A DNA stretch of 64,000 bases, taken from NCBI GenBank assembly GCA_963844245.1, contig CAWJNJ010000010.1, positions 260,209 to 324,208 of the forward strand. The letters are read 5' to 3'. Numbering within the stretch: the stretch's first letter is position 1; each line of letters starts with the position of its first letter. The notes beneath the pieces were generated by a model. It had not been told where the DNA came from and searched no databases. It saw only the letters and a program-made list of their open reading frames with translations. Shown here one piece after another: positions 18,968 to 27,123 of this stretch. Origin of the DNA: an uncultured Acidobacteriota bacterium (GTDB taxonomy: Bacteria; Acidobacteriota; Vicinamibacteria; Vicinamibacterales; 2-12-FULL-66-21). The position numbers and the translations under genes were made by a program.

Positions 18968-21900
18968 ATGTTCGCGCGTAAGGGGCTCGCTGCACTCATG
19001 GCGGTGATGCTCGCCTTTGTTGGCAGCACGCTGTCCGCCCAGGAATTCCGCGGCTCGGTGCGCGGCACGGTGACCGATGCGACGGGGGCGGTGCTGCCCG
19101 GCGTCACGGTGACGGTGAGCAACATCGAGACGAAGGTCGCGCAGACGGCGGTGACCGACGGCGAGGGGCGATTCCAGATCCTGTACCTGAACCCCGGCAC
19201 CTACTCGGTGACGGCGGAGTTGTCCGGCTTCAAGAAGTTCGTCCACGCGCAGGCGCGGGTCGGCGTGGCCGATGCGCTGCGCGTCGACGCCGTCATGCAG
19301 CCCGGCGGGGTCGAGGAAGTGGTGACGGTCACCGCGGAAACGAGCCTGCTCAACACCAGCAGCGGCATCAGCGGCACGACGGTGGATGCGAAGCAGATCG
19401 CGGAGCTGCCGCTCGGTGACGGCACCGCCTACATGCTGACGCGCCTCGCGCCCGGCATCATGGATACGTCCGACCTGCACTTCTCACGCCCCGCCGACAA
19501 CGGCAACCTCGCCGGTGTGGTGGCCAACGGCGCCCAGGGCGGCAACGAGTTCACCATCGACGGCGCGCCGAACATGGGCAGCGCGGGTGGCTCGAAGGGT
19601 GTGGGCTTTTCTCCGCCCTCCGGTGCGATCTCGGAGTTCAAGGTGCAGACGAGCGCGTTCGACGCGCAGACGGGGCACACGGCCGGCGCGGTGGTGAACC
19701 TGGCGCTGAAGAGCGGCACCAACCGGTTCCGCGGCGAAGGCGCCTATTTCAATCGTAACGACAAGCGATCCGCGACGCCGCTGCTCACCGAGCGGAACAA
19801 CGGAGAGAAGCCGACCCGTGAGTACAACCGCTATACCGGCACGCTGAGCGGCCCGATCATCCGCAACAAGACGTTCTTCATGGGCTCCTACGAGCACCTG
19901 CGCGACGTGCAGCCCGAGCCGGCGAGCTACACCGTGCCGACCGCGCTGATGCGGCAGGGCAACTTCAGCGAGTTCACGAACCTCGTTTACGACCCCGCGA
20001 CGGTCACCAGTGGCGGCGTGCGATCACCGTTTGCGAACAACATCATCGATCCGAGCCGGATCAATCCGATTGCCGCCGCCTACTCGGCGCTGTATCCGCT
20101 GCCGAATCGGCCGGGGACGTCGGCCAACTATTTCACCAACCAGCTGCGGCCCTACGACTACAACTCCGGCATGGGACGCGTCGATCACAACGTCAACAAC
20201 GCCAATCGCCTCTACGCGACCGTCTACTGGAACAAGCGCCAGGAAGACCGCTACAACTGGGCGGCCGGCGCGGCCAACGCCGACGCGGATGGCGTGATCA
20301 ACGGCATCCCCGTGACCCAGGGCTTCGACTACCGCACCAACACGGGCGTAACGCTCGGCTATACGTCGACACTGTCGCAGACCACGCTGTTCGACATGCG
20401 CGGGAGCTGGGCGAAGTTTGGCGAATGGCGCGATCCGGCCGCCAACATCGACCCGGCCGCCGCACTCGGCTTTTCAGGCACGGCGCTCCAGGTGATGCGC
20501 GGCTACGAATACCTGCCACTGTTCACCTTCGGCCAGTTCAGCACCTCGAACGAAGGATCGACGATCTCGTCGCTGGGTGCGCGGCGCTCCGACTGGAGCC
20601 AGGGCTTCGATCAGCCGATGCAGACCTACTCGGTGCAGCCGACGCTGACCAGGATCTGGGGCGCGCATAGCGCCCGGGTCGGCTACGACTTCCGTCAGCA
20701 GGTGTGGGACGTCACCAACGAGGGCTACATCGGCGGCCGCTACAGCTTCAACGGCGCCTACACGCGGCTGAACAACTCGGCCACGCAGAACGACCGGGCC
20801 CAGTCCTATGCGCAGTTTCTGCTTGGCTTGCCGACCGCCGCCACCGGCACGGTCGCGAGCGCGGGGGGGAACATCAGCCAGTTCGATATCGCGGCCGAAG
20901 GCGAATTCAGCCAGATGTATCACCACTTCTTCGTGCAGGACGACTGGCGGGTCAGCGACCGCCTGACAGTGAATGCCGGGCTGCGTTTCGAGATCAACAA
21001 CGGGATGCGCGAAGCAGAGAACCGCAACCTGGGCGGCTACGACTACGTCACGGCCAGCCCGATCGAGGCCCAGGCCCAGGCCGCCTACGCGCGCAATCCG
21101 ATCCCGCAGATTCCCATCGCTGATTTCCGCGTCACCGGTGGTCTCCTGTTCGCCGACGGCGCGGTGAACGAGACCGTGACCAAGTGGCTGCCGCGCGTCG
21201 CGGCAGCCTACATGCTTGGCGAAAAGACCGTACTCCGCGGCGGCGTTGGCCTCTTCTCGTACGACTACTTCTTCGAGAACCGCAACCAGGCGGGTTATGC
21301 GCAGGCAACCCCGGTGCTGGTCACGAACGACAGCGGGATCACGTTCACCGGGGCCAACCTCTCCAACCCGATCCCGAGCGGACAGCTGATCGAGCCGGTG
21401 GGATCTGCCAACGGCCTGTCCAGCCAGCTCGGACAGGCCCTGGGGACCCTCTATTCACCTGAGCGCGCTGCGCCCTACTACACGCGCTGGGAGATGGCCC
21501 TGCAGCACGACATCGGCGGCGGCTGGGTCGCGGGCTTTACCTACCTTGGCTCGCGCGGCACCAACCTGCCGGTCGTCCAGCAGGTGAACAATGTCCCCCT
21601 CGAGTACCTCTCGACGTCGCGTTCCTTTGACAGCGCGACGAGTTCCGTCTTGACCGGGAACGTCCCCAACCCATTCGCCGGCCTGTTGCCGGGGAGCACG
21701 ATCAACGGGGCGAACGTCCAGCGCCAGCAGCTGTTGCGGCCGTACCCGCACTTCGCTGCGTTCGCGCAGGAGGGATACGAGGGATCCGACCGCTACCACG
21801 GTGCGACCATCCAGCTGCAGAAGCGGTTCAGCAACGGCAACTCGATCTCGACCCAGTACACCCGGTCGTCGACGCGGGACTCGCTCAATTACCTGAACCC

Positions 21901-22558
21901 GCAGAACGGCGAACTCGAGGATCGCATCTCGCCGAACGACCGTCCGCACCGGTTCTCGATCGGCACGGTGTGGCACCTGCCGTTCGGCCGCGGCGAGCGC
22001 TACGGCTCGGACTGGAACCACCTCGTCGATGCGTTTTTCGGCGGCTGGCAGGCGACCAGCACCTACCAGTACCAGTCAGGCGCGCCCCTGCTCTGGGCCA
22101 GCGGCCTTTACTACAGTGAGAGCTGCGGCGATCCCAAGGACCTGAAATCAAACATCGGCGAGAAAGTCGCCGGTGGCATCGCCGGACTCGACGTGCCCGC
22201 CTGGGACGTCTCGTGCTTCTACTTCAACGATGCACCGGTGCAGGTCAATGGGGTGGTCAGCCCGGCCCTGCAGCGCGCCGATCCCCGCATCAATGTGACG
22301 AACAACGTCCGCTACCTCCCTTCGACGCTGCCGGACGTGCGGACCGATGATCTCCACCTGCTCGACCTCGGCATTTCGAAGAACTTCTCGCTGCCGCGCG
22401 GGATGCGCATGCAGTTGCGCTTCGAATGGATCAACGCGCTGAATTACACGGTCCTGTGGAACCCGAACCTGACGCCGACCAACGCGAACTTCGGATTCAT
22501 CACCCAGGACCGTAACAACCCGCGCGACCTGCAGATCGGCTTGCGCTTCACGTTCTAA
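18968..22558 (+). CDS. TonB-dependent receptor with an N-terminal carboxypeptidase-regulatory-like domain
   Basis: 1196 aa. Signal peptide, then GSVRGTVTDATGAVLPGVTVTVSNIETKVAQTAVTDGEGRFQILYLNPGTYSV (CarboxypepD_reg), a plug region, and a C-terminal ...LQIGLRFTF aromatic terminus typical of OM barrels. Confidence 0.9.
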   Translation: MFARKGLAALMAVMLAFVGSTLSAQEFRGSVRGTVTDATGAVLPGVTVTVSNIETKVAQTAVTDGEGRFQILYLNPGTYSVTAELSGFKKFVHAQARVGVADALRVDAVMQPGGVEEVVTVTAETSLLNTSSGISGTTVDAKQIAELPLGDGTAYMLTRLAPGIMDTSDLHFSRPADNGNLAGVVANGAQGGNEFTIDGAPNMGSAGGSKGVGFSPPSGAISEFKVQTSAFDAQTGHTAGAVVNLALKSGTNRFRGEGAYFNRNDKRSATPLLTERNNGEKPTREYNRYTGTLSGPIIRNKTFFMGSYEHLRDVQPEPASYTVPTALMRQGNFSEFTNLVYDPATVTSGGVRSPFANNIIDPSRINPIAAAYSALYPLPNRPGTSANYFTNQLRPYDYNSGMGRVDHNVNNANRLYATVYWNKRQEDRYNWAAGAANADADGVINGIPVTQGFDYRTNTGVTLGYTSTLSQTTLFDMRGSWAKFGEWRDPAANIDPAAALGFSGTALQVMRGYEYLPLFTFGQFSTSNEGSTISSLGARRSDWSQGFDQPMQTYSVQPTLTRIWGAHSARVGYDFRQQVWDVTNEGYIGGRYSFNGAYTRLNNSATQNDRAQSYAQFLLGLPTAATGTVASAGGNISQFDIAAEGEFSQMYHHFFVQDDWRVSDRLTVNAGLRFEINNGMREAENRNLGGYDYVTASPIEAQAQAAYARNPIPQIPIADFRVTGGLLFADGAVNETVTKWLPRVAAAYMLGEKTVLRGGVGLFSYDYFFENRNQAGYAQATPVLVTNDSGITFTGANLSNPIPSGQLIEPVGSANGLSSQLGQALGTLYSPERAAPYYTRWEMALQHDIGGGWVAGFTYLGSRGTNLPVVQQVNNVPLEYLSTSRSFDSATSSVLTGNVPNPFAGLLPGSTINGANVQRQQLLRPYPHFAAFAQEGYEGSDRYHGATIQLQKRFSNGNSISTQYTRSSTRDSLNYLNPQNGELEDRISPNDRPHRFSIGTVWHLPFGRGERYGSDWNHLVDAFFGGWQATSTYQYQSGAPLLWASGLYYSESCGDPKDLKSNIGEKVAGGIAGLDVPAWDVSCFYFNDAPVQVNGVVSPALQRADPRINVTNNVRYLPSTLPDVRTDDLHLLDLGISKNFSLPRGMRMQLRFEWINALNYTVLWNPNLTPTNANFGFITQDRNNPRDLQIGLRFTF

Positions 22559-22594
22559 CGATCCGCATGCATCCCGGGCGTATGGCGACGGACC

Positions 22595-22612
22595 TATAAT
22601 CTGGTCAGACCA
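22595..22612 (+). promoter_or_regulatory. Perfect TATAAT hexamer abutting the palindrome TGGTCAGACCA, 4 nt before the GntR start codon
   Basis: TATAAT at 22595-22600. TGGTCAGACCA at 22602-22612 is palindromic apart from its centre base. ATG at 22616. This implies a very short leader and probable autoregulation. Confidence 0.5.
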
Positions 22613-22615
22613 CTT

Positions 22616-23416
22616 ATGAGCGCCGCCATGCCCCGGGACAGAAAAGACGACAAGCCGGTGCGCGAGCCGGAAGGCAGCACCGAACAGGTGGTGTCGTACG
22701 TGCGCACCCTTATTGAACGAGGCGAGCTCCGGCCGGGTAACCGCTTGCCGGCCGAACGCGACCTGGCGACGCAGATCGGCGTGAGCCGTCCGACGGTTCG
22801 CGCCGGTCTCCGCGCGCTGTCGGCGATGGGCGTGGTCCAGTCGCGCCACGGATCCGGGACCTTCATTCCCTCAGGGCCCCCTTCGCTCGGGAGCGAGGCG
22901 CTTAGCCTCCAAGCCGCCCTGCACGGGTTCACGCGCGAAGAGATGTACGAAGCGCGCCGCATCCTCGAGGCGGGCGCGTCGGCCCTGGCGGCAAAGCGCG
23001 CCACGCCGGACCAGATCGCGACCCTCGCCGAGGAAGTCGCCGGGATGTTCGCGTCGATGGAGGACCCGCGCCTGTTCCTGGTTCACGACATCAACTTTCA
23101 TCGTGCCGTGGCAGCGGCTTCCGGTAATCCGATCGTGGCCTCGCTGGTCGAAATGGTTTCGGCCCTCTACTACGAACGCCGGCGGGATACGGCCGGTCGC
23201 GCCAGCGACAGGGACTTGAGAGACGCGGCTGAGATGCACCGTAAGATCTACCAGGCGATTCGTGCCCACGACGCCCAGACGGCACGCGACATGATGGAAG
23301 CACACTTGATCCAGGCGAGCGCACACCAGGCACAGGAGGTCAGCGACGCCGACGTCGCGTCTACGGCGGCGCCCGTCGTGTCCCGCGCCCGCCCCCGCCG
23401 TCGTCAGGCCTCGTAG
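22616..23416 (+). CDS. GntR-family transcriptional regulator, FadR subfamily (FCD C-terminal domain), ExuR/UxuR-like by context
   Basis: The winged-HTH reads LPAERDLATQIGVSRPTVRAGLRALSAMGVVQSRHGSGTFI. The C-terminal region is all-helical (FHRAVAAASGNPIV... AHLIQA). Confidence 0.9.
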   Translation: MSAAMPRDRKDDKPVREPEGSTEQVVSYVRTLIERGELRPGNRLPAERDLATQIGVSRPTVRAGLRALSAMGVVQSRHGSGTFIPSGPPSLGSEALSLQAALHGFTREEMYEARRILEAGASALAAKRATPDQIATLAEEVAGMFASMEDPRLFLVHDINFHRAVAAASGNPIVASLVEMVSALYYERRRDTAGRASDRDLRDAAEMHRKIYQAIRAHDAQTARDMMEAHLIQASAHQAQEVSDADVASTAAPVVSRARPRRRQAS

Positions 23417-24186
23417 TGGCGAATCTTTTCGATCTGTCCGGTCGCGTCGCCGTTGTCGTCGGGGGGACGAGTGGGATCGGTCGCGCGTTGGCGCTTGGGT
23501 TCGCCGATGCCGGGGCCGACGTTGTGAGCGTAGGGCGACGCGCGCCGCTCGTGGACGAGGTGGCCGCGGAGATCGAGGCCCGGGGCCGGCGCACTATCCG
23601 GATGCCGGCCGACACGAACGACACCGCCTCTCTCGAGCGAGTGAAGGACGCCGTCCTTCAGGAATTCGGTCGGGTCGACATCCTGCTCTGCGCCGCCGGG
23701 ATCACGAAACGCGTCCCGACGCTCGAGATGGCCGACGAGGACTGGCAGCGGATCATGGATACGAACATCACCGGTACGCTGCGCAGCTGCCAGGTGTTCG
23801 GGCGCGAGATGGTAGCAAAGCGGTCGGGGCGAGTCATCACGATCGCATCCCTGTCGTCGTTCGTGGGGCTGTTTGAAGTGGCGGCCTACGTGGCGAGCAA
23901 ATCCGCCGTGGCGGGCCTGACGAGAGCGCTCGCGGTGGAATGGGCGCCTTTCAACGTGACTGTGAATGCGATCGCACCCGGGGTATTCAGGACGGATATG
24001 AATGCCGCCCTGCTGGAGTCGCCGCGTGGGCAGGAATTTCTGATGCGAACACCGATGAAACGGTTCGGCAACATCCAGGAACTTGTCGGCGCCGCTGTGT
24101 ACCTCGCGTCTGACGCCGCGTCGTTCGTGACGGGTCATGTGTTGGCCGTCGACGGCGGCTTTCTCGCGAGCGGAGTCAACCAGTGA
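23416..24186 (+). CDS. SDR-family oxidoreductase, KduD / gluconate-5-dehydrogenase-like
   Basis: VVGGTSGIGRA (TGxxxGxG), NAAG-type CAAG, YVASKSAV (YxxxK), and a C-terminal GHVLAVDGGFLA. The GTG start overlaps the GntR stop. Its own stop overlaps the next start as GTGA. Confidence 0.85.
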   Translation: MANLFDLSGRVAVVVGGTSGIGRALALGFADAGADVVSVGRRAPLVDEVAAEIEARGRRTIRMPADTNDTASLERVKDAVLQEFGRVDILLCAAGITKRVPTLEMADEDWQRIMDTNITGTLRSCQVFGREMVAKRSGRVITIASLSSFVGLFEVAAYVASKSAVAGLTRALAVEWAPFNVTVNAIAPGVFRTDMNAALLESPRGQEFLMRTPMKRFGNIQELVGAAVYLASDAASFVTGHVLAVDGGFLASGVNQ

Positions 24187-24551
24187 GGGCGGTGCTCGTG
24201 ATCAGCGAGCGCGACAATGTCGCGACCGCGCTCCAGCCGCTCCACCTGGGCCAGGCGGTCGATGTCGGCGGTTACATCGTCACCGTCGCGGAGCCAATCG
24301 CCTCCGGTCACAAGGTCGCCTTGCGCCGCATCGCCACCGGCGAGTCGGTCATCAAATATGGCAGCCCGATCGGTACGGCGACGCTCGTGATCGAACCCGG
24401 CGCGCACGTGCACACGCACAATGTCGCGAGCAGCCGGGGCCGCGGTGACCTCGGGGCCGCAACCGATGAGCCGTTGCCGCGCCTGGCCGAGCCACCCGAC
24501 GAGGCGTCCAATCGAACCAACGGGACCCCCACACGTGCCGTCACCAAATAG
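24183..24551 (+). CDS. uxaA: UxaA-family altronate dehydratase, N-terminal SAF-domain part (small subunit, or the N-terminus of a fused gene)
   Basis: VISERDNVATALQPL...ASGHKVALRRIATGESVIKYGSPIGTATLVIEPGAHVHTHN matches the SAF/UxaA N-domain. Confidence 0.8.
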   Translation: MRAVLVISERDNVATALQPLHLGQAVDVGGYIVTVAEPIASGHKVALRRIATGESVIKYGSPIGTATLVIEPGAHVHTHNVASSRGRGDLGAATDEPLPRLAEPPDEASNRTNGTPTRAVTK

Positions 24552-25726
24552 CTCGACTCGCCCCGGTTTTCTCGGCTACCGCCGTGCGGACGGCCGCGTC
24601 GGCACGCGCAATCACGTCCTGGTGGTGCCGACGGTCATCTGTTCGTCGGTCGTCGCCGAACGCATTGCCGCGGCTGCCGCGCCGGTGTCGGTCGCATTGC
24701 CGCATCTCGCCGGCTGCGGTCAGCTCGGTCCGGACATGCGCGTGACACACGAAACGCTGTCGGCCTACTGTGCACATCCCAAACGTCGGCGCGGTGCTCG
24801 TGATCGCGCTCGGGTGCGAGCAGGTCGTGGCGCAGCATCTTGCCGACGCGGCGCGCCGACTTGGCAAGCCGGTCGAGATCCTGGCGATTCAGTCGGAGGG
24901 CGGTACTGTCCGTTCGACTGAAAAGGGCCGCCTGATCGCGCAATCGCTTGCCGGCACGCTGTCGACGCAGGAACGGGTGTGGTGCGACGTCTCCGAACTG
25001 ATCCTGTCGCTCAAGTGCGGCGGATCCGATTACACGTCAGGGCTCGCCTCGAACCCCACGCTCGGACGCGTGACCGACCGGCTCGTCGAGCTCGGCGGAA
25101 CGGCCGTCCTCGGTGAGATTGCCGAGATCATGGGGGCCGAACATCTGCTGGCGTCCCGCGCCTCCTCGCCGGGAACCGCGACGCAGCTGATCCAGATCAT
25201 CACCCGCGTCGAGACCGAGGCGCGCGCACTTGGTCTCGATATCAGGGGCACGCAGCCGTCCCCTGGCAACATCCGCGGTGGTCTGACGACGATCGAAGAG
25301 AAGTCGCTCGGTGCCACTCACAAGGGTGGCGAGCGCGCACCGCTGGCCGACGTCGTGGCCTACTCGGCGCCGATCACGCGCAAGGGGCTGACGGTGATGG
25401 ATACGCCCGGGCTCGACGTCGAGTCGGTCACCGGGATGGTTGGTGGCGGCGCACAGGTCGTCGTCTTCACGACCGGCCTCGGCACACCCACCGGAAATCC
25501 GATCGCACCCGTCATCAAGATCACCGGGAACATGCGCACCGCGCGCCAGATGGCCGACAACATCGATCTCGATGTCAGCGGCATCATGGACGAGACCGAA
25601 ACGCTCGACCAGGCGGCCGAGCGTCTGTTTGCGGAGGTGCTCGACGTGGCGTCCGGGCGGGAGACGAAGGCCGAAACACTCGGCCACCGTGAGTTCGCGA
25701 TTCACCGCCGCAACCCGACGATTTAG
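24535..25726 (+). pseudogene. uxaA: UxaA-family altronate dehydratase, catalytic part. Frameshift in an A3 run at 24781-24783
   Basis: FLGYRRADGRVGTRNHVLVVPTVIC ... HLAGCGQLG ... LSAYCAHP, then the frame changes and continues NVGAVLVIALGCE ... KCGGSDYTSGLASNP ... SPGNIRGGLTTIEEKSLGA. Removing one A from cccaaacgtc restores HPNVGAVLV. The possible GTG start at 24535 overlaps the SAF ORF. Confidence 0.8.
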
Positions 25727-25751
25727 CGCCGGCCGACGGCGCGGAGCCTTC

Positions 25752-27108
25752 ATGATCGACGCCCAACGCGACCCGCGAACCACTGCCGCTGCGCCGCCTG
25801 CAGCGGGCCAGACCGGTTACGTCCGCTGGATCATCTGCTCGCTGCTGTTTTTCGCCGCGACCATCAACTACGTGGACCGGCAGGTCATCGGGATCCTGAA
25901 GCCGACGCTGCAGGCCGAATTCGGCTGGAGCGAGATCGACTACGCCGACATCATCTTTGCTTTCCAGCTCGCCTACGCGGGCGGGTTCCTGATTGCCGGC
26001 CGGATGATGGATCGCATCGGCGCCCGTGTCGGTTTCACGATTGCGATCGTGCTGTGGAGCCTGGCGGCGATTGCGCACGCGGAGGCGACGGTGTTTGGTC
26101 CGGCGGCCGCGACCGTTCTCGGGCTGATCGGACTCACCTACTCTGCGTCGGTCGCCGGCTTCATGGTGGCGCGATTCGCGCTCGGGCTTGGTGAGGCCGG
26201 TAATTTCCCCGCCGCGATCAAGGTCACGGCGGAGTGGTTCCCCAAACGGGAGCGCGCCCTCGCCACGGGGATCTTCAACTCCGGCACCAACGTCGGCGCC
26301 CTGGCGACGCCGCTGGTCGTGCCGTGGATCACGCTCTCGTTCGGCTGGTACTGGGCCTTCGTCGCCACCGGTGCGCTCGGCTTTCTGTGGCTGGCCTTCT
26401 GGCTGCCGATGTACCGGCGGCCGGAAGAGCACCCGCATCTGAGCGCCGCGGAACTGGCGCACATCCGCAGCGATCCGCCCGATCCCTGCGGTCCAGATTC
26501 CGTGGGGCAAGCTCCTGGGGTATCGACAGACCTGGGCGTTCATGGCGGGGAAGTTCCTGACCGATCCGGTCTGGTGGCTTTACCTGTTCTGGATCCCCGA
26601 CTTCCTCTATCGCAATCACGGCATCGACCTCAAGACGATCGGCCTGCCGCTCGTCGCGATCTACCTCGTGGCGGACGTGGGCAGCATCGGCGGGGGCTGG
26701 CTGTCTTCGATGCTCATCAAACGCGGCTGGAGCGCGAATGGAGGCCGCAAGCTGGCGATGCTGTTGTGCGCGCTCGCGGTCCTGCCGATGGTCTTCGCGT
26801 CGGGTGCGAAGGACCTGTGGGTCGCGGTTGGCCTCGTGAGTCTCGCGGCGGCGGCCCATCAAGGCTGGTCGGCGAACCTGTTCACGACGGTGTCCGACAT
26901 GTTCCCGCGCAAGGCCGTCGGCTCCGTCGTCGGGCTGGGCGGCATGGCGGGTGCCGTCGGCGGCATGCTGATCGCGAAGCTGACCGGCTACATCCTGGAC
27001 GCGACCGGCAGCTACATGCCGGTGTTCTTCATGGCCGCGTTTGCCTATCTCGTCGCGCTGGTCGTGATCCACATCCTGGTGCCGAGGATGGAACCTGCGC
27101 AGATGTGA
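25752..27108 (+). pseudogene. exuT: MFS hexuronate transporter (ExuT-like), frameshift near 26475-26490
   Basis: The N-terminal half reads RWIICSLLFFAATINYVDRQVIGILKP ... GLGEAGNFPAAIKVTAEWFPKRERALATGIFNSG. The C-terminal half, in the +1 frame, reads IPWGKLLGYRQTWAFMAGKFLTDPVWWLYLFWIPDFL ... HQGWSANLFTTVSDMFP. The continuation in the original frame is Arg/Gly-rich junk. Confidence 0.8.
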
Positions 27109-27123
27109 GAACGAAGGGGCATC

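Noticed and set aside
25440-25751. Upstream extension of the ExuT ORF
   Set aside because: It overlaps the 3' end of uxaA in another frame. The MFS N-terminus starts cleanly at ATG 25752.
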